DNA of 64,000 nucleotides from Alphaproteobacteria bacterium (GTDB lineage Bacteria; Pseudomonadota; Alphaproteobacteria; Bin95): contig JAYNYG010000001.1 in the NCBI GenBank assembly GCA_038102935.1, positions 35,096 through 99,095 on the forward strand, read 5' to 3'. This document shows positions 42,090 to 50,860 of the stretch, one piece after another. The translations under genes and the position numbers were made by a program. Below the pieces are notes generated by a model, which worked only from the letters and a program-made list of their open reading frames with translations, was not told the origin of the DNA and searched no databases. Every line of letters begins with the position of its first letter. Positions within the stretch are counted from its first letter, which is position 1.

Positions 42090-43199
42090 ATGGCCATTCG
42101 GACCGCACTCTGTGATCTACTGGGCATCGAACACCCGATCCTGCTTGCTGGCATGGGGGTCTGGGGCATGGCGACGCCGCCGGGGCTGGTCGCAGCTGTT
42201 TCCGAGGCTGGCGGCCTAGGTGTATTGGGGTGCTCGGGGTTGAGCCCGGAAGAAATACGCCAACGCGTCAAAGCCGTCCGAGCGTTGACGGATAAGCCCT
42301 TCGGCGTGGACCTGCTGCTGCCCGCAACGCTGGCCCCAGCCGCCACGACGCGCAGCGGCGTCAGGGCTGAGCTTGATCAGAAATTCCCGGAACACGTCGC
42401 CTTTTATCGCGGCTTGCTGGACCGGTTTGCACTTGCCGAGACGCCAGTCCAAGACGATATCGTCATCTCGTCCGAATTCATTGAGGCCCAAATCGCTGTC
42501 ACGCTGGAAGAGAAAGTACCGGTATTCGCCGCTGGCCTGGGCGATCCAGGTCGTGTGACGGGCCGGGCGAAAGCGCAGGGCATGGTGACGCTTGGCCTCG
42601 CTGGCTCCCCCAGAAACGCGGCCCGGCAGGTTGAAGCAGGAGTAGACGCCGTTGTGGCGCAAGGAACGGAAGCGGGCGGGCACACGGGCCGCGTCGCCAA
42701 TTTCGCACTTTTGCCGCAAGTGGTGGATGCCGTCGGCGCAACGCCGGTGATCGCGGCGGGCGGTATTTCAGATGGGCGCGGGATCGCGGCGGCGCTGGCT
42801 TTCGGCGCATCCGGCGCATGGCTCGGCTCATTGTTCCTGACGGCGGACGAAAGCGACATGCCAGACGCCTGCAAGGATGAGCTTATCCAGGCCCGCTCCA
42901 CTGACATGGACGTCACTCGCGCCTGGACCGGCAAAACACTCCGCGCCCGCAAGAACGAAGTATCCGAAGCCTGGGCGACCAGTGGCCTCGACCCTCTGCC
43001 GACCCCGCATCAACGCGTACTAATGGAAGATTTCCTGGAGGCGGTTAAGTCCGCCAAACGCTGGGACCTCTTCATGAACGCCGCCGGCCAAGGCATCGGC
43101 ATGGTCTCCAAACGCAAACCAGCGGCAGAGATCATGGCGGACCTGATTGCGGGTACGGAACAGGCGATCGCCCAGCTGATGGCGCGGACGGGGAGGTAG
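42090..43199 (+). CDS. nitronate monooxygenase (NMO) family, second paralog
   Basis: LGIEHPILLAGMG…GGLGVLG… NMO pattern; 369 aa. Confidence 0.8.
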   Translation: MAIRTALCDLLGIEHPILLAGMGVWGMATPPGLVAAVSEAGGLGVLGCSGLSPEEIRQRVKAVRALTDKPFGVDLLLPATLAPAATTRSGVRAELDQKFPEHVAFYRGLLDRFALAETPVQDDIVISSEFIEAQIAVTLEEKVPVFAAGLGDPGRVTGRAKAQGMVTLGLAGSPRNAARQVEAGVDAVVAQGTEAGGHTGRVANFALLPQVVDAVGATPVIAAGGISDGRGIAAALAFGASGAWLGSLFLTADESDMPDACKDELIQARSTDMDVTRAWTGKTLRARKNEVSEAWATSGLDPLPTPHQRVLMEDFLEAVKSAKRWDLFMNAAGQGIGMVSKRKPAAEIMADLIAGTEQAIAQLMARTGR

Positions 43200-43224
43200 A
43201 GGTCTTGATCGCCCGCGATCCCGG

Positions 43225-43578
43225 TTAGTGCATGGCGAAGGCGCTGGCGGGGATGACGCCTTTGAAGGCGCGGCCTTCCGGGCGGACGGGCAGGCCGGTA
43301 TCGACGCGGATGCGGCCCTGGCGGTATTCGGCGTATTGCTCCGCCGCAAGGCGCGGGTCATAGGGGATGGCGGCGTGTTTCCATTCGAAGGCGAAGGCCG
43401 GGGCCGCAGCGTCCTCTGGCGCCTCATCCGCCAGGCGGAAGCCTTGGCCTTCGCGGTCCAGCCAAAGGCCGGCTTCCGCCATACGGGAGAGGATCGTGAC
43501 CGGCTGGCCATTGCTTTCGCCGATGACCGTGCCCGGCCGCATCAACACGCTGAAGGGCGCGCCTTCTTCCGGCGTCAC
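43225..43578 (-). CDS. hypothetical protein (possibly truncated at the island border)
   Basis: 117-aa ORF with high-GC codon usage, abutting the AT-rich island; no recognisable motif. Confidence 0.3.
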   Translation of the reverse strand: MTPEEGAPFSVLMRPGTVIGESNGQPVTILSRMAEAGLWLDREGQGFRLADEAPEDAAAPAFAFEWKHAAIPYDPRLAAEQYAEYRQGRIRVDTGLPVRPEGRAFKGVIPASAFAMH

Positions 43579-43621
43579 TGCCTTCCGGGCAGCTCAACCG
43601 CGCCCGCCATCCTTCTGGGGT

Positions 43622-44020
43622 TAATCCAATAGTACTAATAGCTTTTTTTTATCTTTATTCATTATCTCGGTAAAATCCGGCACTTCTTCGGCGCTAATTA
43701 TTCCTTCGATTACACTTATTGCGCTTCTATCGGATAGCTTTTGTTGCCCTGATTGGGTGCTGTCCTGGCCATTAAGGCCGTCCCACTCGAGGCCATATCT
43801 CGCGACGGTACGAATAAGATTGAATGTTGCATCCGACTCGGTGCCACCGTTAATCGAGATGGCCCCTTCAAACCAAGCTTTAGTGTTCTGATCTAGTCGT
43901 GGTTAAAACCTATTTGCCTTCAAAATATACTCATAAGCTTCGTGATACCCCGCTTCTCCACGGTTAGCTTGTTCAAACAACTGCTTCAGTCGACAAATTT
44001 GGTAATTTGTTAACTTCATT
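43622..44020 (-). pseudogene. degenerate ORF with in-frame TAA (MKLTNYQICRL…ANRF*PRLDQNTKAWFEG…)
   Basis: Own translation of the minus strand: ~130 codons in one frame interrupted by a single TAA; AT-rich; no Met after the stop. Confidence 0.3.
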
Positions 44021-44110
44021 TGGACCGGCATCAGTTTTCACTCTTCATGTTTCGAACGTCCAACCATGAAATAATAGTATTGTTAGCAAACTTGAATGAG
44101 TTATCCACAC

Positions 44111-44644
44111 CTATACTTGGGATAAAGGAAAATAATTATGGCCAGCAAGGTGAAATTTGCTCAAATAAAAATACCCATGGCATCGCGATCCTAAATACAA
44201 AGAGTGCTTGTGCGTGTCACATACTGCAAAATAAGCAATACCCGATTTAGACAAATCATTCACTGCTATCTCAGATAGCTCCACAGTTGCTGGCTTAAAT
44301 ATCTTTGTGCTCGTTCCACTTGCACGTGATTCATAAGGTGATCCTTTTGATACGATTCTATCGACTCGGCTCAATATCTCTGACGAATTCTTGAAATCCA
44401 TTGCATTCCATATGTCGCCGCGTTCATCCATAAACGCAACATACACAATGGAGGAAAATTTGCCCCCTTCAAGATCGGGGCATATTAATGATCGATCAGA
44501 TTCTCTAAACATACCGGCAAGAGGTTGAATGTCAGGCATCCGGAATACCGCTGCAGCCTTAGAATCACCGTATCTAAGGCCACCGGCATTAATGGGAATA
44601 TGTGGCGGAATCATATTTACGTATTTCGTTCGAAGAGGATTCAA
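44111..44644 (-). CDS. hypothetical protein within the AT-rich island
   Basis: 177-aa ORF, AT-rich codon usage unlike the host genome; no recognised domain. Confidence 0.3.
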   Translation of the reverse strand: MNPLRTKYVNMIPPHIPINAGGLRYGDSKAAAVFRMPDIQPLAGMFRESDRSLICPDLEGGKFSSIVYVAFMDERGDIWNAMDFKNSSEILSRVDRIVSKGSPYESRASGTSTKIFKPATVELSEIAVNDLSKSGIAYFAVCDTHKHSLYLGSRCHGYFYLSKFHLAGHNYFPLSQV

Positions 44645-44885
44645 ATATATAATCGGTATTGTTGCTGAGGTTTAGTCAGATAACTTCACCGTTTGCAGTA
44701 ATCCGCGATACCAAGATAGTGCAATCTGATGTTTGTTTAATTCTGAGCGCTCTATGGTTGAACAAGAATTTTCATAATCTGCATAGGCGATTGCCGACCT
44801 GCTTCCGCAGATACATAGGCATGAAAAGACCAAGCATAGGAATATATTCGTCGCGGCCCGAGCTTGCAGACAAATGCTATTCATC

Positions 44886-45240
44886 TCACCGCTCCCTCAA
44901 ACTTTCATCCGCATACCGAAGCAGCGGACTCAGGAAAAACGTTATCGTGCGACTTGCCCCCGTTTTCACTTCCGCAGCCACAGCCATACCAGGCGTCAGT
45001 GGTACCCGACGGCTATCCACCGGTATACTAGTTTCAGCCATGGAGATGCGGGCCTCATACACAAGGCCGCGTTGTTCGTCCTGGATGGCGTCCGCGGAAA
45101 CGCGGAGGACTTTGCCTTTGATGAGGCCGTAGCGGGTGAAGGGGAAGCTTTCCACCTTGATCTCTACCTCCTGACCGGCGCGGACGAACCCTGCGTCCTT
45201 GTTTTGGACGAAAGCTTCAATCTCCAGGCCGCCTTCGGCG
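44886..45240 (-). pseudogene. HlyD-family type I secretion membrane-fusion protein, C-terminal fragment only
   Basis: Translation …GGLEIEAFVQNKDAGFVRAGQEVEIKVESFPFTRYGLIKGKVLRVSADAIQDEQRGLVYEARISMAE…LSPLLRYADESLRER closely parallels the E. coli HlyD C-terminus (…VEAFPYTRYGYLVGKVKNINLDAIEDQRLGLVFNVIISIEE…LSPLEESVTESLRER). An in-frame TAG lies upstream and the N-terminal ~350 aa are absent. Confidence 0.7.
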
Positions 45241-45458
45241 GGCCAATGCTATCGTTTCCCTGGCAGCAACACCGGGTCCGCCGGGTTGACCACTGCGCCC
45301 AATGAAGAGACCTAAAGGTGTAGAACGATACCGTTGCTGAATCCCAAGTGCAACGATAGAGACTTCAAGCTCTTTTGCGTGTGCGCCTACGTCTTCCAGA
45401 CATTCAACAGTTATAATAATCTTTGTCCTAACTTTGTACGCTAACGGAGACTCACCTC

Positions 45459-46505
45459 ATGACCCTCGCCGCACAGACCTATGACATCGCTGATATGGCG
45501 ACGGCGCAGGAGTATTATCATAGTCGTGGGTGGACGGATGGGCTGCCTATCGTGCCGCCGACGGCGGAGGCCGTGCAGGCCTGTCTTGAATGGGCGATGA
45601 TGACGCCGGATCAGCTTGTGGGCGTAGAGCCCGTGCGGGAACGGGCGATTACGGCGGAGAAATTGGCGATCAATGCTGTCATGGCTGGGTGCCTGCCGAT
45701 GCACTTTCCCGTGGTCGTCGCGGCGTTCACGGCGATGCTGCAGGAGCCGTTTTTGATGCATGGGGCGACGGCCAGCACGGGCGGGTGTGCAGTGCTGATC
45801 GTCATCAACGGGCCTGTCCGCAAGGAACTCGGCATGAGTGGGCAGTTCAACGCCATCGGCTCCAGCGACCGGGCGACGTCTGTTATCGGGCGGGCGATCC
45901 GGCTGACGATGATCAACCTGATGGATGTGCGCCCCGGCCATATTGACCGATCTACGCTCGGCCATCCGGGCAAGTTCAGTTATTGCATCGCGGAGGATGA
46001 GGAAAACTCAGCGTGGCTGCCGCTCGCCGAAGAGCGGGATTGCCCGCCGGGCGCATCCTCCGTCACCGTGATGGCCGCGATGGCGCCGCGTCAGCTTATG
46101 AATGAGTGGACGACCGAGCCAGAGCAAATTCTGGATACGTTTGCTGCTGAAATCAAAGCGAATATGCGGCATTACTCGATCTGGCCTGGCAACTACGCCA
46201 TCGTCATAGCACCCCAACTTCGCACGCATTTCGAGAAGGCTGGATGGTCCAAGGCGGATGTCAGGCGCTATGTGTTTGAGAAAGCGCGTATCCTCAGGAA
46301 AGAATGGGCGGATGTCGGTAAAGCCTCCGTTGTCAAGCGGCGCGGCGATCAGGAATATGCGGCATTGCCGGATGAAGATCACCTGTTGGTCATCGCTGCT
46401 GGCGGCCCCGCCGGCGGGTTCGGCGCTGTTATCCCGCCCTGGCTTGGTCATAAAAGCCGGGCCGTCACAATCCCCATCGGCGTATGCGTCGATTGTGAAA
46501 TTTAG
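45459..46505 (+). CDS. conserved protein of unknown function, UGSC-selenoprotein-associated (paralog 1)
   Basis: 348 aa; shares GWTDGLP(I/V)VPPT, AINAVMAGCLP(M/E)(H/Y)FPVV, HG(A/S)TASTGG, GMxxxxNxxGxxNRAxxxIGRAxRL, GHPGK(F/Y)SYCIAE, AGWSKAD and C-terminal CVDCEI/CIDCD blocks with 48032..49111 and 20512..21966. Confidence 0.6.
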   Translation: MTLAAQTYDIADMATAQEYYHSRGWTDGLPIVPPTAEAVQACLEWAMMTPDQLVGVEPVRERAITAEKLAINAVMAGCLPMHFPVVVAAFTAMLQEPFLMHGATASTGGCAVLIVINGPVRKELGMSGQFNAIGSSDRATSVIGRAIRLTMINLMDVRPGHIDRSTLGHPGKFSYCIAEDEENSAWLPLAEERDCPPGASSVTVMAAMAPRQLMNEWTTEPEQILDTFAAEIKANMRHYSIWPGNYAIVIAPQLRTHFEKAGWSKADVRRYVFEKARILRKEWADVGKASVVKRRGDQEYAALPDEDHLLVIAAGGPAGGFGAVIPPWLGHKSRAVTIPIGVCVDCEI

Positions 46506-46525
46506 AGAATGGAGAGCTAGAGACA

Positions 46526-47047
46526 TTGCAAGTTCTTGATCCAACCCATGAAGCCGATGTGGTGGGGCTCGTGCCGCCGCCGAGGCTGGACACGCTGGCG
46601 GGCAAAACCGTCGGCGTGATCTCAAACGGCAAGGAGGGCACCAAGCGCTTCTTCGCTGCGATTGAGGCTGAGCTGCGCGAGACCCACGGTGTCGCCGATG
46701 TCGTATGGCGCACCAAAGGCAATTATTCCGCGCCGGCGCCAGAAGCCATCATGGCGGAGGCGGCAGGCTGGGACGCCATCATCTCCGGGGTTGGGGATTG
46801 AGGCAGCTGCTCGTCGTGCAGTTTGCATGACGCAGTGGCTGGCGAACGGATGGGCGTGCCCTCTGCGGGCGTTATGACCGTGCCGTTTTCAGATGCGGCA
46901 GACCTGATGGCCCGCGTGCTCGGCGCGGAAGACTTCCCGTTTGTGGTAATCGACCACCCGATCAGCAGCGCCTCTGAAGAGGCGTTGCGGGAGCAAGCGA
47001 AAACCGCTGTGGCGCAGAGCGTCGCGATCCTGACGAAAGCGGCCTAG
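46526..47047 (+). CDS. UGSC-family selenoprotein (in-frame TGA at 46799..46801 read as Sec; 173 aa)
   Basis: Track ORFs 46526..46801 and 46823..47047 are in the same frame separated only by TGA. The context is …ISGVGD-U-GSCSSCSLHD… (a U-G-S-C UxxC motif). A paralog at 49127..49648 has identical architecture, and a hairpin lies directly 3' of the UGA. TTG start. Confidence 0.6.
46802..46832 (+). promoter_or_regulatory. putative bacterial SECIS hairpin immediately 3' of UGA
   Basis: GGCAGCUGC[UCGUCGU]GCAGUUUGC is an 8-bp stem (one bulge) with a 7-nt G/U-containing loop. The paralog has GGCAGUUGC[UCAACGU]GCAGUUUGC, where the C→U change keeps pairing (U·G). Confidence 0.45.
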
Positions 47048-47071
47048 AGCATCCGGGGCGACCGGCGGGGG

Positions 47072-47914
47072 CTAGCTCCGCCGGTGGCCTTTGTTGTCTG
47101 CGCCCGCGAACAGTACGGATTCTCGGCGTTCAACATCCCTAGCGACGGCTGCCAAGTCTTCGTCCAGAAGTGTTCCCTTGGGCGGATCCGTCAGCGTGAA
47201 ATGGCCGTACCGGTCTTCACCTGCAACGAGCGTCACTTCCGTTTCAGGGCCAGACTGCGCCTTCATGCTCGGCTTGATGTAGCGGATGGCGGCGCCGAGT
47301 CTCCGATCATCTGTAGTGTTTGGGCCCGAGGCGTGGAACAAATGGCCATGATGCATCGAGGCTTGGCCGGTCTTGAGCGCAGCATCGACGGCGTCTTCTT
47401 CCCGCACGTCCACCTGCAGTTCCTGGCCGCGCGTCAATAGATTTTCCGCGTTGAAGCTATCTGCATGGGGCTGGATACGCTCGCGATGGCTGCCGGGCAC
47501 GAAGCGCATGCATCCGGCCTCGACGCTGGCAGGCGATAGCGCCACCCAGATCGTCACTTCGTCAGGCTCATCCAGGCCCCAATATGTGAGATCTTGGTGC
47601 CAGCTCACATAATTTGGCGTGTTCGCTTCCTTGATGAACATGCTGGAATTCCAGACCAGCAGGTCCGGCCCAAGCACCGCAGAGGCTGCGGCGATCATGT
47701 TGGGGTGGCGGATCAAGGCGTCGAAGGAGGGCATCAAACGCGCTGGAAAACCGCGGGCCATGGCCCGCTTCTTTGGATCATCCGCGTATTTCGCTTCTGC
47801 GGCTTCCAGGTCATTTCGTAGGGTTTGCGCTTCATCAGCCGACAGAATGTCCAGCGGGAATACGAAGCCGTCACGTGCGTAATCCGCCGCGACTTGAGAG
47901 GAGATGCTGTTCAT
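47072..47914 (-). CDS. phytanoyl-CoA dioxygenase (PhyH)-family Fe(II)/2OG oxygenase
   Basis: 280 aa; PhyH-type WHQDLTYW motif and double-stranded beta-helix His/Asp…His ligands (H…D at WHQD, later HHGHLFH). Confidence 0.8.
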   Translation of the reverse strand: MNSISSQVAADYARDGFVFPLDILSADEAQTLRNDLEAAEAKYADDPKKRAMARGFPARLMPSFDALIRHPNMIAAASAVLGPDLLVWNSSMFIKEANTPNYVSWHQDLTYWGLDEPDEVTIWVALSPASVEAGCMRFVPGSHRERIQPHADSFNAENLLTRGQELQVDVREEDAVDAALKTGQASMHHGHLFHASGPNTTDDRRLGAAIRYIKPSMKAQSGPETEVTLVAGEDRYGHFTLTDPPKGTLLDEDLAAVARDVERRESVLFAGADNKGHRRS

Positions 47915-48031
47915 AGCGATATCCTAAACTTGGCCGCCGGAGAGGGGAAGATGGCAGGCCGCATCAATTTTCTTCAACGTTTGCGCTGCTCTGGGCTACA
48001 CTCAGCCCGAAACGGGTGAGGGGATAGGGCG

Positions 48032-49111
48032 ATGCCACGGGATTCGGCGCGCATCCATGACGTGCCAGACGATCTGCTAGCTGCGATGGATTACTGCTAT
48101 GAGCAGGGCTGGACGGACGGTTTACCCGTCGTCCCGCCGGTGACGGATCGCGTTGAAGCGATGATGATGTATGAGGGCCGCCCGCCTGAAACCGTCATCG
48201 CATTGCATCCTGCGACCGGCCTGGAATGTACAATCCATGCGGCGGCTGTTAACGCCGTTATGGCTGGCTGCCTGCCGGAATACTTCCCTGTTATCGTCGC
48301 GGCGTTCGAAGCGATGCACGAGCCAGATTTCAATTTCCACGGCTCGACAGCAAGCACGGGCGGATCAGCGCCATTGCTGATTGTCAGCGGCGGCGTGGCG
48401 GACGAAATCGGTATGAATTCTGACGTGAACCTGTTCGGCCCCGGCAACCGCGCCAACGCGACGATTGGGCGTGCGACGCGGCTTATTCTGCGGAACGTAT
48501 TTCAGATGATCCCTGGAATTTCCGATAAATCCACCCAGGGTAATCCGAACAAATACAGCTTCTGCATCGCGGAGCGGGCGCGGGATAACCCATGGCCGCT
48601 TTTGGTCGAGACGTTGGATTACCCGGAGGGTGTCAGCAGCGTGACGGCCTATGCTGGCGGCGGGTTTTTCAATGTCGAGAACCATGGTGGCGCGACGCCG
48701 GAAGCTGTTTTAAGCTCATTCGCGGATACGATGGCGGGCCTCGGCGTATTGACCCTTGGCCAATCTGTCATTGTGTTGTCGCCAGAGCATATGCGCATCC
48801 TAGGCAATGCCGGGTGGACGCGCGAGAATGCGCAGGATTATCTGTTCGAGAACGCTAGGCGGAGCCGTGCAGATATGGAAACTGCCGGGAAATTCCGGGA
48901 GCGCGACTACGCCCGGCAGCGCGACCCAGCAGTCAAGAGCTCGCTCTTGCATGACGGTTATATGCATCGCGGCATCAGCCCCGCAGACATCCTGATCATC
49001 ATGGGCGGCGGCGATGCGGGCGGCCATTCCAGCTTCATTCCATCATGGAGCCGGGCGCGGAGTTCGCTGATGCAGTCGAAACCCATCGGCGTTTGTATTG
49101 ATTGCGATTGA
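48032..49111 (+). CDS. conserved protein of unknown function, UGSC-selenoprotein-associated (paralog 2)
   Basis: 359 aa; same conserved blocks as 45459..46505. Confidence 0.6.
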   Translation: MPRDSARIHDVPDDLLAAMDYCYEQGWTDGLPVVPPVTDRVEAMMMYEGRPPETVIALHPATGLECTIHAAAVNAVMAGCLPEYFPVIVAAFEAMHEPDFNFHGSTASTGGSAPLLIVSGGVADEIGMNSDVNLFGPGNRANATIGRATRLILRNVFQMIPGISDKSTQGNPNKYSFCIAERARDNPWPLLVETLDYPEGVSSVTAYAGGGFFNVENHGGATPEAVLSSFADTMAGLGVLTLGQSVIVLSPEHMRILGNAGWTRENAQDYLFENARRSRADMETAGKFRERDYARQRDPAVKSSLLHDGYMHRGISPADILIIMGGGDAGGHSSFIPSWSRARSSLMQSKPIGVCIDCD

Positions 49112-49126
49112 TTGGAGACGTCAGAC

Positions 49127-49648
49127 ATGCAGCTTTATGATCCCACTGTAACGGGGCCAGACCGGCAGAGCCGCCGCGCGCCGCCGCTCGCCTCGCTTGA
49201 GGGGCTGACTGTCGGTTATCTTGAAAACGGCAAGCTGAACGCAACCAACATGTTGCGGGAAACGGCGGAAGTATTCGTCGCCCGTCATGGCTGCCAAATA
49301 GGCCCTGTCTATTCGAAGTTTAACGCCAGCGCGCCAGCGCCAGAAGCCACATTGCGCTTGGCTGCGGACGAAGTCGATTTTCTGATAACCGGGCTCGGTG
49401 ATTGAGGCAGTTGCTCAACGTGCAGTTTGCATGATGGCGTCAGCTTCGAACAACTCGGCAAACGGGCGATTGTGGTTTGTACAGAGCCTTTTGAGGTGAC
49501 GGCGAAGAACATCGCCCGCATGCTCGGCCTGCCGGATTATCCGTTTGTGATGGTTGAGCATCCGTTAGGCAGCCGCTCATTGAATGAAGTTAAGGTGCTT
49601 GCCGAACACGCCTATCAACAATCCCTGCCAATACTCCTGGAGGCATAG
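49127..49648 (+). CDS. UGSC-family selenoprotein, second copy (in-frame TGA at 49403..49405; 173 aa)
   Basis: Track ORFs 49112..49405 and 49427..49648 are in frame across a single TGA; context …ITGLGD-U-GSCSTCSLHD…. Start taken at ATG (MQLYDPT), homologous to MQVLDPT of copy 1; identical length to copy 1. Confidence 0.6.
49406..49436 (+). promoter_or_regulatory. putative SECIS hairpin 3' of UGA (copy 2)
   Basis: GGCAGUUGCUCAACGUGCAGUUUGC folds like the copy-1 element; nucleotide conservation exceeds that of the rest of the two genes. Confidence 0.45.
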
Positions 49649-49656
49649 ACGACGCC

Positions 49657-50793
49657 GTGGGTGAGATTATTACAGATATCAGATTGATCGGCGTCCGCGT
49701 GTCGCCGAAGACAGCATGGCTTTTTGTTGAATTGACAGGCGGTAGCGGCCTCCAAGGCTTTGGCGAGGGCACGCTGAACGGCAAGGAAGAGGCGGTCGCC
49801 AAGGCGGCGGAAGGTTTTGGCCGCAACGTCCTTGGCCAAGATGCCGGGGATGCTGCGGGCCTTTCTCGGTTGCTGCCGTTCGGTGCTTTGCATGAGGCCG
49901 CGTTCTCGTCCGCAGTCTTGCAGGCGGCAGCGGATTTGGATGCGCGTTCCCGTGGCATTTGCTTAGCGGAGGCGCTTGGCGGATCAACCCGGTCAGAGAT
50001 CGGTCTCTACGCCAATATTAATCGGCGGACTGAAGACCGGTCGCATGAAGGCTTCGCAGCCAGCGCCAAGGCCGCCAGGGACGCAGGCTATAGCGCCTTC
50101 AAGATCGCGCCCTTTGATACCGCTGCGCCGGATATGCCGCCGGGACAGTGGCGCCCGCTTGTCGAGGCTGGGCTGCGGCGCATCGGCGCCGTCCGTGAAG
50201 TTATCGGACCAGATGCGCGTTTGATGGTCGATTGCCATTGGCGCTTCTCTGAACCAACGGCCTCATGGGTTCTAGATGCTGTCGAGCCGTTTGATCTCTA
50301 TTGGTTCGAATGCCCGATCCCGCGCGAAAACATAGCGCTTGGCGCGTTGATGCGGTTGCGGTCACAAGCCAATGCGCTGGGCGTGCGGTTAGCTGGCGCT
50401 GAAACGGGCATCAAGCTGGCCGGGTTCGAGCCGATGCTCAAAGCCGGCGCCTATGACGTGATGATGCCGGATGTGAAATATGCTGGCGGGCCTGCCGAAA
50501 TGATGCGGATCGCCGAAGCCTTCTCCGCCCATGACGTGACGTTCTCGCCCCATAATCCGAGCGGACCCATCTGCCATGCGGCGTCAATGCAAATTTGCGC
50601 CGCAGCTGAGAATTCTGATCTGCTGGAAGTGCAATATGACGAGACGCCAGTCTTCCAAGCGCTAGTCGATAATTCGATGCCTGCAATCACAGGCGGGACT
50701 GCGCCATTGCCCGGTGGTGTAGGTATCGGCGTTAGTTTGAATGTCGATCTTTTGGCGAGCTTGGAGCCTGCAACAGCTTGGCAAGCCAGATAG
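49657..50793 (+). CDS. enolase-superfamily enzyme (mandelate racemase/muconate lactonizing enzyme family)
   Basis: 378 aa; MR/MLE N-terminal capping domain and TIM-barrel with metal-ligand D/E/D region (…MVDCHWRF…, …DLYWFECP…, …MMPDVKYAGG…); GTG start. Confidence 0.8.
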   Translation: MGEIITDIRLIGVRVSPKTAWLFVELTGGSGLQGFGEGTLNGKEEAVAKAAEGFGRNVLGQDAGDAAGLSRLLPFGALHEAAFSSAVLQAAADLDARSRGICLAEALGGSTRSEIGLYANINRRTEDRSHEGFAASAKAARDAGYSAFKIAPFDTAAPDMPPGQWRPLVEAGLRRIGAVREVIGPDARLMVDCHWRFSEPTASWVLDAVEPFDLYWFECPIPRENIALGALMRLRSQANALGVRLAGAETGIKLAGFEPMLKAGAYDVMMPDVKYAGGPAEMMRIAEAFSAHDVTFSPHNPSGPICHAASMQICAAAENSDLLEVQYDETPVFQALVDNSMPAITGGTAPLPGGVGIGVSLNVDLLASLEPATAWQAR

Positions 50794-50860
50794 GACCGGA
50801 TAATCTTTGCAATAACAGGCGTTCGCCTCAAATGAGACGCCAAATCTGCCCGGGAGCTCG

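Larger units (their letters stand above)
43600..45440. other. AT-rich (~40% GC) horizontally acquired island remnant with decayed genes
   Basis: Abrupt composition shift relative to ~62% GC flanks; contains only fragmentary or low-complexity ORFs and an HlyD C-terminal remnant; no integrase or tRNA seen. Confidence 0.6.

Noticed and set aside
44659-45132. 157-aa plus-strand ORF in the AT-rich island
   Set aside because: Overlaps and is antisense to the HlyD C-terminal remnant, whose homology is unambiguous on the minus strand.
46799-46801. Alternative reading of the TGA codons as genuine stops (two separate small genes per locus)
   Set aside because: The downstream segments have no plausible own start (only TTG) or RBS and are in frame with the upstream segments. 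They begin exactly with the GSCS(S/T)C completion of a UxxC motif. Both paralogs yield identical 173-aa lengths and carry a conserved post-TGA hairpin, so selenocysteine readthrough is the better explanation.
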